In this document: one piece after another, positions 50,381-64,000 of the stretch
How the letters are laid out: each line of letters starts with the position of its first letter
Position numbering within the stretch: position 1 is the first letter of the stretch
Source of the DNA: Eledone cirrhosa
Taxonomy: Eukaryota
DNA length: 64,000 nt
Direction: 5' to 3'
Assembly (NCBI GenBank): GCA_964016885.1
Contig: OZ024742.1
Coordinates: 325,810,001-325,874,000, forward strand
Notes under the pieces: model-generated
Told to the model about the DNA's origin: nothing
The model's database searches: none
What the model saw: only the letters and a program-made list of their open reading frames with translations
Made by a program: the position numbers and the translations under genes

Positions 50381-50835
50381 GTGGATTGGCATTATCGCTA
50401 GAGCGTCAGACACCATGCTTTGCAGCATAGGGTTACGGTCCTTTATGTTCTGAGTTCAAATCTCGCCGAGGTTAGCTTTGCCTTTCATCCTTACGGGGTC
50501 AATAAAATAAAGTACCACTAATGCACTGAAGTAATGCGCATGGCTTAGTGGCTAAATCATTGGGCATGCAATCGAAAGGTTGTGAGTTCAATTCTGGGAC
50601 CAGGCGACTTGTCCTTTCCTTGAGCAAAACACTTTATTACACGTTGCTCCAGTTTACTCAGCTGTAGAAATGAGATGACAGGACTAGGGTCCCTATTATT
50701 AAATTACCCAAGACACGTCCAACGAGATATACCTTGGAGGAGGCCAGCTAAACCTGCATAGGTGTGAGCTGTCACACACACACCCACTCACATTGCACTG
50801 GAGTAATTGCTGGCCTTGTGGCTAAAGTAGAAATG
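50381..50835 (+). mobile_element. SINE interrupted by a nested CORE-type SINE (50536-50793)
   Basis: The host consensus breaks at tgcactg(a/g)agtaat, which is duplicated around the insert. The insert has A/B boxes (tggcttagtgg, gagttcaattc) and a CORE-like tccttgagcaaaacactt..ctcagctgtagaaatgag. Confidence 0.8.
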
Positions 50836-52145
50836 TTTTGATATGCTTGTCATAAATGGAACTTGATTTGGCAGGCCGCTAATAAGCGACTATATGATGA
50901 ACAAACGTCAGCAAATGGAAGGTTGTAGGTGGATGACAGATGGTTAGTAGTAGGTGGTGGACTACTTGTATCAAGTTACTAATTCTGGTCATCAGCTTCG
51001 TTTTATAAGGGGTAAAATGTGAGCTGTTAAATTTATTTATTTTCTTATATTTGTGTACTTACACTAGTGTATGTAACCTGACTGCAGCAACACTAGGTTT
51101 CAAGTCTTTTATTCGTCCCGATCGATGCCAATATTTTATCGATTGATATATATTGATTTGTCAAGTTAACCTTTAGACACAGTCCTTGTTGTAATGAAAG
51201 ATGTTCTATCAAATACATATCTATGTAAACACAGGCATTTCTTCTTATTATAACGTTTCCTTCTTTAAAACTTTAAAATTAAATCGTTTAATCTGTGATT
51301 GTATCAAAGAATACTTTCCCAATGTACCGTTCTGAGTATCGATCACAAAACCATGTGATTTCCGAAACGTATTTGTAACCATACAACCGCATATGTTTGT
51401 TCCTAACCACAGCTAGATACCATTACTTACTCTCTATGCTATTGTATTATACTATTTCTTTGTAATGGGACGACGTAGTACAGTAGGCATTTCCTGCGGC
51501 TATGTTTTAATGATATCTGTAATTAAACTATGTAAACACATTACTCCTTGCAATGAACATATTTCATAAAATCACAAACGATAGATATCATTTTTGATAA
51601 TACACAATCATACTAATAAAACAGAATTGTTTTAGTGTTTTTGAATATTTAATTTAGTATTACAGGATAGCCGAATATACTTCATATAAGAAAGAACAAT
51701 GTCGTTCTCAATTAGCTTTTTAATGTATTTACGGTGTGCACATCTGAAACAATATGAATTAGAATTTACACGGGCAAAATCAATTTGCACGAAGATTAGT
51801 TTACTACATATATTTATGTGACATTCAATGGAGAATGGCCCTTGTTTTTTATCTATAATCTTTCCTGGCTTGGTTTGGTTAACATTTCTACACGTGGCAA
51901 TGACAATTAGCTGTTCTATATTAATGTCATATTACAACAGTTAAGAACAAGAGTCGATATCAGGACGAGGATATTTCACCTTCAAGGAAACATAATTGTG
52001 ACAAAGTAGTACTATGGATTTTGCTTTCTATCATGGTTAGAGTATCAGACATTTCAAGGATTGGGTGTCTCATTGTAAATGCTAAACTATAATTGATATG
52101 TCTCTGCCGCTATTACTTCTGCCACGACACACTTGAAATCTGTCA

Positions 52146-52334
52146 AATAATTGTTTTTACTTTAGGCACAAGGCCAGCAATAACCCAGTATATTACTGGT
52201 ACTTTATTTTATCGACCCTGTAAGGATGAAAGGCAAAGTTAACCTCGGCGGGATTTGAACTCAGACTGTAAAGGGACGTAACTATGCTAGAAAGCATGGC
52301 GTCCAACCCGCTACCGATACTGCCAATTCACCAC
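52146..52334 (-). mobile_element. SINE with TSD ctgtcaaataat
   Basis: Family consensus with a flanking duplication. Confidence 0.9.
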
Positions 52335-53687
52335 TGTCAAATAATATTTTATAATAACAGTACAATGCTCTAAATCTGACAGTAAAGTATAATTAATTTC
52401 ACCGACATTGTTACTTGAATGGTATGAAAGTGAATCAATTGAGTCGATGTAGCGTCCGAAAGACTCAGTTGTGGTATTTGAAAATGTTCTCTGGACTTCA
52501 AATTCCTTCAAGATCAACATTACCTGTTCAGCATACTTAAAAACGTGCTATTCAAGTATTGGAGTCGATTTGTTTCACACAATCGGAGTAGATTTTTTTC
52601 ACACAATTTTATTTCACACAAAGTGACAAGGGTTGTTATGATCATTCATTGCGTCCAGAAATAGAGGATTCAAGTAGCGTATCATTTTTTCTATCAGAAG
52701 TACTTGAGTTGTTTACTCAACAATCCGCATATCTATAATGGTCTCACATGACTCATCCAGTGACACAACGTAGTCTTTTGAGAGAGAGAGAGAGGGGGGG
52801 GGAGAGAGAGAGATAGTGTGTATGTAGGAAGAGAAGGAGAAAGTGTCATAAACCACAAAATCGATAAATATTTATCGACTTCTGAATGATGAAAGGCAAA
52901 GTTGATCTCTGTATGAAATTTATTCAGACCGAAGTGAGCCAGAAAAAATATCATAAGACTTGTTAACTGCCTTTATCAATTCTACGACTCAATAATAATA
53001 AACAATATAAAAGACAACAATGATAAGTGTAACAACAGAATTATGAATATAGAGGGTATAAAAGAACAGCGTCTAGCCTAGATGATAGTAGTATTGTTAT
53101 AAAAATGAATTTAAAACGCAATTATTACATACCAATGTATACAGATTTCTACTCGAGTATTCAAAGATGACATGCCGTAAAATAAAGATTAATGATATAT
53201 GGCCAAGGCAATAAAAAATAATGCGACACTGATAATGTTATTGATATGGTGACTAAGTAGAAGGACAGTTTATTTGGCTAGAGTCGATTCCATCGATTAT
53301 AAAATTCTCTCTATAAAATTAGTCATACGACTACTGAAAGCAATTACTCAACCTCGTTCTCTTCCTTTTTTCCATTTAACCATCCTTATTATTCCCATAA
53401 TCATCAAATACGTTTGATTGTCCTCATCCTGACAATTTTTATCATCAACAACGTGAACAACATCATAGTCATCATCATCAATATCAAGATTTTTTCCCAC
53501 ACAACCATTATCACAATCTATTGTTTTTGTTGCAGTTTCCTCATCGTCAACATTATCATATTCATTAATATTTTTATTAGTTCTTAACTTGTCTGCTTAT
53601 TGTTTACTTATTTTCTCTCTAATTTATAGAAAGAAAAACATTATAATCTGAATTGAACGATGGTGACTGATTTCATATTTGCGCGAA

Positions 53688-53877
53688 ATGATTGTTTCTA
53701 CTTTTGGCACAAGGCCAGCTATTATTCCAGTGCATTACTGGTACTTTATTTTATCGACCCCGTAAGGATGAAAGGCAAAGTTAACCTCGGCGGGATTTGA
53801 ACTCAGATCATAAAGGGAGGTAACTCTATGCTTCAAAGCATGGCGTCCGACCCTTACCGATACTGCCAATCCACCGC
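53688..53877 (-). mobile_element. SINE
   Basis: Family consensus. atatttgcgcgaaat occurs on both flanks. Confidence 0.88.
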
Positions 53878-55629
53878 TCTTTATATTTTCTTTATATTTG
53901 CGCGAAATAATGTTGTTAAAAACGCGTGGATGACGCATATGTCTTCACATTAGATTAAAAACCTCATGATATGTCCGCATGAATCGTCCATCACATGAGT
54001 ACATCGTCGCCACATAAAGTTGCGGCTCTTCGTGTTCTGCATTTAAATCCCACCGAGGTTAGCTTCGCCTTTCATCCTTAAGGGGTCGATAGAATATAGC
54101 ACCACTAATGCACTGGTGTCGATTTAATCAACTTTCCCCTCCCCTAAAACTGTTGGCCATGTGTCTAAATCACAAACACTTAAAATCAGTTTTATCGAAG
54201 CTCGACTGAAATCTTAGTGAAAGATTATTCATTCTCAGTACCAGGAATATCATGTGTTCCCGTAGAGTGGGAGTTTTTCCATGTGTTTACATAAATGTTG
54301 GCGGTTTTGGGGGGTTCGTTGTTTGTTTGTTGTTGTTCATGAATCTGCAGTCACTTCTCCTACGTCGGAAGGCCCGGGAGATATACCCGGAATGTTGGGC
54401 TTTCGGAATCTTTCGCTTCTTCAATCTGGCCTCCTTTCACACACATTCAGTTCCATTCTTTAAATTGCTACGCCCAGAAGAAGTAGAGCTCCGAGGTGAC
54501 CATATAATTATTGAGTATTCGTGAGGATTTGTTTATTACTGGTTATCTTCATCCCTCATCAAATATATTCACCCAATGCAGTTTAACATATTCAGTTTTC
54601 TTTTCCAGATGCAAATAATTTCTGGGAATTTTACATTAGTAAAAAACACATTTATTTGAAGAGGGCATTAACTTTACTATAATACAATAAACGAAACGAA
54701 TGTGCAACACTTTGTTTCTATCGAAAATCGAAAACGCCAAAGCAAATAATGAGAATGAAATGTTACCAACACGCTCCATTACTTGCCAATAAATGGTTAT
54801 TTGTTATTGTTATTATTTATTGTTCAACCCGTGTGACGCCATTTTCTTCTTTGCTCATTTTAGATTGTCAATTGATGTTCCCACGTAACCATAGCAATTA
54901 GAACAGTTATTAACTTTAGCCAAATTGCACCTGATGTCTCCAATTGCAATTTAAACCTGAATGATATCATGAACAGAATTATTTTCTCATAAACTTAACT
55001 TTTAAACGTCTGAGCTTAGCAAATAAACTGAATGAATAAAATTTAAATTTGAAAAATAAAATTGGGTAGATTAAAAGTAAAGAAGAGGATTAGAAGACAG
55101 GAATTGATTATAAGTAAAGAAAGGCAATACATATTAAAAAGGTGGCAAATGAAAGAATGAGAAAGCTGTTGAACCTTATAATGTAGTCTTATTTAGAATG
55201 TATTAGCATTTTGCAATAAAAGTAATATATAATCTAAAAATGTATACTTTTTTATATTAAAGCGTAAGTAACATATACATAGAGGTTCATATAAGTGGAT
55301 AGTGGGACCGCGAAAGAATATAAGATAGTAAAGAGATAAAAGAATTTAAAAAAATAAGAACTCACAAACAAAGATGAAAAGTTAAATAAGGTATTATAAT
55401 GAGATACGTGAGTCAATATGTCATGAGAAGTAAAGGAGAGGTATGAAGGTAGAGAAAGGTATATACATGCAGACATGGCATGAATAAAACGCTAGTTTTC
55501 AAAAAAGGGTTTGTCGATTGGTAGAAAATGTACAGCCATTAGCATTCAATTTGTTCGGTTATTAAAATAGTTGACGTCATATCACAAACTTTTCCTTCTT
55601 TATGATTGTTTCCTTCCTGAACATTGTTA

Positions 55630-55671
55630 TTATAGTTGTTGCTGTTGTTGCCACTGCAGTTGCTGCTGCTG

Positions 55672-55729
<58 letters not shown>

Positions 55730-55797
55730 CACTAACTACCGCCAATACAACTACTAGTACTACAAATACAACCACCAATACAACAAAAACAACAACA

Positions 55798-55830
<33 letters not shown>
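55630..55830. repeat. (CTA)n/(CAA)n trinucleotide microsatellite
   Basis: Direct reading of the sequence. Confidence 0.95.
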
Positions 55831-55831
<1 letters not shown>

Positions 55832-56929
55832 TGTTGCTTAGATTCAGTCCATTTTAGGTGTTTCTAGGACTAAATGTAATTGTTTAAGATGGTGGTCACG
55901 TGTGTGAGTGTGTGTGCGTATTTGTGTATTTGTGTTTGTGTATGTGTGTGTAGATTGTGATGGTTACTGCGACATTTCACTAAGTACGGATTTTCAAGCA
56001 ATTTGAAAAGCATACTAAGCTATACTTCAAATTAACTGTTATGTTTAAAAAATCATGCTCCAGTTAATATTATTTTATTTTCAGATTTATGTAAATACAA
56101 TGACTGGAAATAGGTATCAAACACAGCTCTTTTCTCTTTACATATCTTGATAACCGTTCTGTGATAGCCAGATCCAAATGTATGTTTTAGACTCAAATCT
56201 TGTCATGTTTACCGGATTTGGGAGAGAAGCACTAGTAAAAATTTGGCATTGGTTAGGATAACTATATAAACAATCCCTACGCCTTTTAGATTATCTGCAT
56301 GTAAATGTGAGCAATAAAGCTTTCGTCAGTTGAACAATTTTAGCTGCTTAATCCGTTAACGTGTATGTGTGTGTCTGTGTGAGTGTTTCTTTGTGTGTGT
56401 GTTTGCTATATCTCCATCAACTCCGACGACGTGTGTTTCAGCGTTTTGAACATCAGAGAGGGCTGCTCGCAAAAGGTTCGTGCAAGTTTCTGAGCATTCT
56501 GGAAACACATATAGATCGTTTAAAATTTCTAATTGGATGTGTCTTGTTGAACAGTATCCATATTCCCTGTTTTTTCCATATTTTGTTTAAGTCAATCTGA
56601 AAAGAAAAGTGCACCTATCTCTCGTTGATATTTTGTGTTCTATGTAAACAACTTTTAAAAACTCACTTGTTTTCGTTTTCATTCACACTGGGCGAAATAT
56701 GTAAAACAAGTTACTCGATATTCTTGCTAATTTTTCTGCGCAACACGACAGGAAAAAAAAAACAAAAAAAAAAAACAATCCGATTCTGAAAAAATTCCAC
56801 AAAATATAACATATGCACACCAAGGTTTAAAATATCTAAAATAGACAAGAAACGATGGAATAATTGTTTTAAATATATACATAAAACTAGCATTTCTTTA
56901 TACGGGAAAGAGAAAGTCAATTACATAAA

Positions 56930-58210
56930 TGATACTCTATTTTATTGACCCCAGAAGGATGGAATCAAATATGAATCCACCCCGTAAACATAAAAGGCAA
57001 CGCTAACCTCGGTAGGATTTGAACTAGAAACGTAAAGGGCCGTAACTATATACCAAATAATGGTTTCTTATATAGGCACAAGGCCAGCATATTTTGGGGA
57101 GGAGGAAGTCGATTAAAACGACCTCAGTGCGTGACTGGTACTTTATTGTATCGACCCCGTAAGGCAAAGTTAACCTCAGCGGGATTTGAACTCAGATCAT
57201 AAAGGGCGGTAACTCTATGCTGCAAAGCATGGCGTCCGACCTTCTACCGATACTGCCAATCCACCGCTCACTATATACTAAATAATGCCAAATCAATCGC
57301 CCTCTTAACACAGAATTGTTTCTACAGTTGGCAAAAGGCCAGCAATTTGAAAGGAAGGGAAAAGTCGATTAAATCGACACCAGTATGTTACTGGTACTTC
57401 TAGTTTATTGACTCCGTAAGGATGAGAGGCAAAGCGAATTTCAGCGGGACTTGAACTCAGAACGTAAAGGGTTGTAGCTATATACTTATACGGCCAATCC
57501 AAAGCCCTCCTCCTTACAAAGTATAATGGTTTCTAATTTTGGCACACAGTCAGCAATTTTGGGGCGGGAAAAGTCGATTAAATCGATCGCAGGACGTTAC
57601 TGGTACTTTATTTTATCGACCACGCAAGGATGAAAGGCAAAATTAACCTCAACGAGATTTGAAATAAGTACATAAAGTATTGTAACTATATACCGATACT
57701 ACTACTCCACAATCCTCTTAAGACATACAGTAATTATTGATGTTATTTACTAATATAAGGGCGGTGGTTTGGCAGAATCGGTAGAGCGTCGGACAACATA
57801 CCTTGCTGCATATTTCACTTGCGGCATATAGTTACAGCCATTTACGTTCCGAGGTTAGTTTTTCATTTCATCCTTACGTGGTTGATAAAATAAGTACCAG
57901 TAACGCTCTGGGGTCGATTTTATCGACTTTCCCCTTCCCGAAAATTGTTGACATTGTGCCTAAATCAAAATCTATTATTAGCTAATACATATGGAGGTGG
58001 TTTGGCAGAATCAGCAAAACAGAGAACAAACGTTTACTTGCATTTGGTTCAAAATTTTAGACTCAAATTTTGAATTCAGCCCATAACAACTTTACTTGAA
58101 TTATTTTTAGATCGATAAAATAAATAACAGCGGCAAACTGGAATCGATGAAAATGAATATAAACTTCCTACAAAATGTGTGCCCCCTGTACAAATGATAG
58201 AAATCAATAT
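56930..58210. mobile_element. Cluster of about six SINE copies of differing age, including a nested young copy at 57056-57268
   Basis: The family consensus repeats on the minus strand (56930-57700) and the plus strand (57759-58210). TSD actatatac.aaataatg. Confidence 0.85.
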
Positions 58211-58878
58211 TTGCCATTATTCACTACCACGTTAGACATATGTTAAGGATTTTAAAAGATTAATCCTTATAAACAAACACAATAAACAATATACAAACAC
58301 CCACCTACTTACGTTTTCTCAATAGTAATGACATATAAACATTGAACACGCGATGTTGAACAAGGAAATCAGATATGTTATTGTACTAATTAACAAATAC
58401 AAAAGAAGTTAAACCAAGAAAAATAACAAGAAATACGAAAAGCAGAACAGGAGATATCTGGAAGCAACAAGATTAAAACTACAGATGGACTACAAAGGCA
58501 GTGACAACAATATAGTATCTAGCACTTAATGGATTTTATATTTATTGATTTCTTATTTAATGTCAGAACCCTACTCTCATGGAAAAAGTAAATTGTGTGA
58601 AGAGTGTGACCTTTATTAGCGAGAAAAAGAAAATCTTATATACAGTTTTTCAAATTGCTAAAAATAGTAAACAAATCTTACCTTAAATTCCCTGCTACAG
58701 TTATTTTTTTCAATGATGCATTCATTGGATAATGTAGTCATAGATAAACTAGGTCAGGAAAAAAGAGAGAAATAAGCTTATCATCGAAGAATTCTCTACA
58801 ATGACACTCAAACAGCTGAACATAGCACACAATGTTTTTTCAAACCATAGCCTAACGTTTGTTAAATATACCTTAGAT

Positions 58879-59037
58879 CAGGGTTTCCCAAACGCGGAAC
58901 CCTTTTTGGTTCAGAAGCTTTTGCTGGAACCCCAACGTCTAGTACTGTAATATGGTCGTAATATAAATATACCCCTCTACCTTTTTTTCACGGAACCCCT
59001 GAAAACTCCTTTGTGGAACCAACTTTGAGAACCACTG
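58879..59037. mobile_element. hAT/Charlie-type MITE
   Basis: TIRs cagggtttcccaaa / tttgagaaccactg. Perfect 8-bp TSD ccttagat. Confidence 0.92.
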
Positions 59038-61513
59038 CCTTAGATAATGAAATCCTAGAAACACTGAGTAAAAAGATGACATAGACATAAGTGAAACTTA
59101 TTTGATCGGGTAGATATGTAGCTAATCAACATCATTCGTGGTCTTCGTTATGTGAAATGCTTTCCCTTGTGATTTAAAACATGCCGTTTTTAATTGTTAG
59201 TAGCTCATCATTTAATATATATGGTGGCCCCCACATGGTTTATACATTGGCTATACATATGTAGTTATTAAACCATAATTCATTTATTGCTGGACATGTC
59301 CACCCAATCGAACAGTACGCTTTTTATATATTGACTGCTATTTCTAACTGTGTAGATATTCATAATGTTTTGCACACAAATGTCATTACTAGTGACCACT
59401 AAAAATCACGACAAAGGTTTATAGCCTCCATGAACCTGTGTCTTAAAGCCCATTTGAAAATAATTAGATTAGTAACATTACTACTCGTTTGTATTTGTAG
59501 GATGTTTTTCATGTTTATCTGAACTGAATGGAAGCAGGCCAGTCAACTCTGCCCATCAGACGAGATCTCCCACCCACTTTGGAGTGGGTGAGAGATGATT
59601 TCTCTTGTTAAAATGGGTATAGCTTTCATTATGTAAAAGCTCCCCATTTTGTCTCATTTCGCACCGTTTTGGAGCCATTTTCTTTCATGGTACTCCCCGT
59701 TTGGGTTTTTTGTTGGGGTTTTAATATTGTTTCATACAGCTGAGTGACGGGCTGCTAGGATGAGTTCATGTACCTTATGGCAGTGACTGTGGGAGTAGGT
59801 GGTTGCATCGCAAATATATTGTGTCATTCGCATGTCCAGGTTTTCTTTCTTTTTTTTGTATATATACTCAATAATGTAGGTAACAATATTGGAGCTATGT
59901 TTGTAACATGTGAAGATAAGAAGTGTGACGTGTTCTGCTCTTTATAGTTTAATGTAGTTTGTTATGGAGAGATTGGAGACCGAGGAATGGCTGGCATGTT
60001 GTATCAAATGTATTGTATATAAACTACTATTGTTCTTTTTTGTTTACCCAATACTTGTCCTAGGTGTAGTCTTTGCACATATGTGCATTGTTTTGTTATA
60101 TCTGTTAGAACACGAAAAGTGTGAACCAACAGAATGTTCACTTTTCGTGTTCTAACATATATGCCTAGCTTCTCTAAAAATTTTTCGGGGATAGCCGTGG
60201 TGGTGGTGATCGTATGTCATTGGCTAATTTTCAACCAATCAGAGTACCTCTCTCTATATCTCTTCCACTGTTACTTACGCCTGTTTCTCTCTATCTGTTC
60301 CTTCTCTATTTATATCTCTTACTCTTTCGCTTTGCACTCCTCCCCTTCAATACCATCTCTCCCCCTCTCTATATATTTGTTACTCTATCGCTGCACGCTC
60401 CTCTCCTTCAATATATCAATTACACACGCTTTACACTCCTTTATCCCCAGCGCCCCTATATATACACCCCCCCTCTCCCGCATCTATATTTTAATGTACC
60501 GTTGCACCGTGAATATATGTGTCTATATATATATATATATATATTGTATATACACATTCATGTATGTGTATACACACTCATGTATGTATATACACTGGTT
60601 TTATGTGTGTATTGTAAATTTGTACTGTTAAAACACGAAACTAACATTCGATTGACACTTTGATTACCTGTACAGGCAATAGTTATTAGAATGCTGTTGA
60701 AGTGTGTATATATTTTTGGGGGACATCCTGTATATACACACATTATATATAATACAATAAACAGATAAATACACACATATATATATGAGCTTATTTAATT
60801 ATAAATATTGTGAATTTTTAACTCAGTTCAATTATATATATAAATGGCTTCTACAGGACTAGAACTGTTTCATTCGAAAGAAATCATCATAATATTGAGA
60901 GGGGGGACTAGATAAAATATTTCAAATCAAATGTGTATAAGTTATAAGTTAAAATGTATAAATAGAGACGATAGTGGAGGTATATCTGTTTAGTGGAACA
61001 GTAGACGATAGAATTAAATACAGACGAGAATCTCCCTTTAATGAAACAGCAGACGATAGAATTAAGGCAATTTAAATTTTAAGCATTTGCATTTTTGCCT
61101 TTCATCGTTACGGGGTCGATAAAATAAAGTACCAGTAATACACTGTCACTAGACGACTTTCAAATTGAATTGTTGGTTCCATTTCTTTAGTATTTTCAAT
61201 TGTAGTTATCTACTTAAAAAGCGTTACACGGTTAGAGACATAATTCGTAAGTTATATCTTCCCTATTAAACCATTGCATTATTTCGCCTACAATAGAACA
61301 AAAATGAAATGTTCTTTAAAGAAACAGGAATATAACTTTATAAAAAAAAAAGTTGCATCCGCTTCTTTTATCATTGATAATTTTTTCGTTTTAATATTAA
61401 TTGTTTTTTGTAGTTGTGTATATTAAAAATCTTACTGTAATATTTACTTAAACGAAGGCAGACATCTAAACTTATAGATTAATCTTGAGCGAAGGACTAG
61501 ATAAATCTCTCTC

Positions 61514-61610
<97 letters not shown>

Positions 61611-62109
61611 GAAGAATGATAACATTTCAAGCAAAGAGTTTAATTAGGTAATGACTTACAAATTTGTTTCAGTATATAGACAAAGCCTGAAGCGCTAATT
61701 ATAATAATTAGTTAATAATATTACAAAATATATTAATATTATATTAAATATATACTGAAACCAATCAGTTTAGCAGAAAGTTTCCAGACAAGAAACACGC
61801 ATATTTTGCTATCCTCAAACACGTTTACACATGGCATGAAATATAACTAATCCGAGATGGCTAGGTTTCATCTTCTAACTGGATATACGAAATCCATTAT
61901 GTCTTGACAACAACATGAGGTAACATTATGTTATTCACAGACACACTTTGTACACTGTTCCATATCAGAATGTATTTCCTTCGTCACATTCACAAACAGT
62001 ATCGAAAATATGTTCTTCGGCAAATAAAAATGTTTTGTTCATAATATTTCAACTAGCGATTGCTCTACTCCACGCACGACCACCATAAATTAATGACCAG
62101 CTCAACACA

Positions 62110-62282
62110 AGTATTGGTAGAGCGTCAGACACCATGCTTTGCAGTATTGTTATGGTCCTTTGCATTCTAAGTTCAAATCCTGCCGAGGTTAACTTCGACT
62201 TTCATACTTACTAATTCGATAAAATAAAGTACCAGTAATGGACTGCCGTAATGGATTTGTGCCGAAAAATAGAAACACTATT
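62110..62282 (+). mobile_element. SINE, diverged
   Basis: Family consensus. Confidence 0.8.
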
Positions 62283-62833
62283 AATGTGCAATAAGAGCAA
62301 AATATAACGACATTGCTCAATTATTTTATCTAATGTTGTAATAACACAAGGAAATGTTGTTTGTGTATTTTTTTTTATATTTGCTCATAGGCTTTTACAA
62401 TTTCGCTCAGCCAACAACTATTAAAAAGTGAGTTGCTTAAGATAACAATTTAATCACAAATTGTTGCTATCTTTTAATACACTCCAACAAGTCATCAAAT
62501 TATGTACAATAAAAACAAATCTTATTAATTTGCTCAGGGAATATAAAGAAAATGTATATACACTGATAATTGCAATTGTATGTAAATATTTTGTTTTTGT
62601 ATTGTATATTTTATGTTTTCTATTATGTATAATATATTGATTTAATATTGATTGTTTTTTGTAGTTGTTTATATTAAAAGTCTGAAAATATTTTTATACA
62701 TCTTACACTAATATTTATAAGATAATTTATAATAACAATTACATAATCTAATTACATTACAACGATAATTTATTATTAATATATATCCTGTTTAACTAGA
62801 GTTATTACAAGCGTTGCCTTAAAAAAATATTAA

Positions 62834-63790
62834 ACTAGACATGAAAAATGCGCAAGCTCAAAAGTGCCACAGAATGTTATAATAAACCTTCAAAAGTGTG
62901 GGACTAGAGTTGTTGCTAAAAAATATTGTAATCATTATATATCGTACATTCTGTGGCATCCTTTATAAAAATAGCTTAAACCAACGAAGCCTTTATTTTT
63001 ACGCTATTTCACTTAGTTAATTCTTAGAGTGTAACATATACAAATAAATACATCTATGTTTAATGTAATAACAGCTATAAATAATTACGTAATATTATTA
63101 TCATATACTCATAGTAACAAAATAATTGTGTTGAAACTTAATATGATGCTTATATGAACGATCAAATCTATAATGATAATTTCTTAAATATACTAATAGT
63201 AAACTAATTTAGTTATCTATTGTTACATTTTCATAGAACTATAATATTAACAATCGTATTGCATTATCAAATTTTTATCACTACAAACTTTCATATTGGA
63301 ATTACCTTAAGCCACTTATTATTACTTCGCTTTCGTACTTTTACAGCTGTAGATATTGCGCTGTATCTTATATCTAATATCAATATCTCGTGGTAATTTG
63401 CATGAAGTGTAAAATAGGTTTATTAATAACTTTAATATGAAATGTATTATACAGGGCTGCGGAGTCGGCCAAAAATTGACTGGCTCCAACTCAGGATCCG
63501 ATACTCCATTATTTCCTAAATTTCAGCTCCGCAGCTCTGTTATTATATTAATTAATTTATTTTATAGTTGTAAATCATATTTTTATATGTTACACTCTAA
63601 GAATTAACTAAGTGAAATAGCGTAAAAATAAAGGCTTCGTTGGTTTAAGCTATTTTTATAAAGGATGCCACAGAATGTACGATATATAATGATTACAATA
63701 TTTTTTAGCAACAACTCTAGTCCCACACTTTTGAAGGTTTATTATAACATTCTGTGGCACTTTTGAGCTTGCGCATTTTTCATGTCTAGT
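62834..63790. repeat. Perfect 207-bp inverted repeat with a 543-bp spacer
   Basis: 62834-63040 is the reverse complement of 63584-63790. Confidence 0.93.
63452..63539. mobile_element. Tiny hAT-like MITE
   Basis: TIRs cagggctgcggag / ctccgcagctctg. TSD gtattata / ttattata. Confidence 0.8.
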
Positions 63791-64000
63791 ATATCATGTC
63801 TAATGTGTACACTTTCAACGCTACAGATGTATAAAATATGTAACTCACACTATGTTTATGTTACTAAGTGTAATAGTTGGGCGTTCTGTATCGGATTTCC
63901 TTTGTACAGCTTCAAGTCAACGTTTTAAAAAGGATGTTTGTAGACGATTCATGTAGATTCAGCGTAGTATAGATAAAAATGAGGTTAGATGTATCCATGA

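Noticed and set aside
54240-56610. Possible host exons (GC-richer patch at 54250-54520; minus-strand acceptor cttttcttttcag near 56600)
   Set aside because: There is no sustained reading frame or recognisable protein, so it cannot be supported without RNA-seq.
60855-60895. Minus-strand ATGATGA-tttctttcgaat-GAAAC as an HHR
   Set aside because: The core C is mutated and there is no credible stem I or III. It is possibly a relic but unsupported.

Overview
AT-rich, microsatellite-dense animal genomic DNA. The SINE content and (TA)n/(CA)n load suggest a cephalopod such as octopus; this is an inference. No host protein-coding exon could be supported, and most short ORFs in the track are microsatellite artefacts. 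The window is a transposon graveyard containing: a Tx1/L1 ORF2 fragment; a decayed CR1/L2-group LINE; an RTE 3' end; a mariner relic; a non-autonomous Helitron; three hAT MITEs; about 15-20 tRNA-derived SINEs; and Penelope-like elements (PLEs) of at least three different types. The PLEs are a Neptune-like copy at 2.75-7.08 kb, an inverted-repeat copy with a nearly intact RT+GIY-YIG frame at 32.4-36.9 kb, and a Naiad-like copy at 45.8-47.2 kb. The most striking signal is absent from the ORF track. By eye I find about 20 intact or decayed type I hammerhead ribozyme (HHR) motifs from roughly ten unrelated sequence families, on both strands. Most lie in short ORF-less modules embedded in (TA)n tracts and arranged as partial tandems, fold-backs or two-ribozyme palindromes. 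This looks like a diverse community of PLE-mobilised, retrozyme-like RNAs. All ribozyme folds were paired by hand, not computed.
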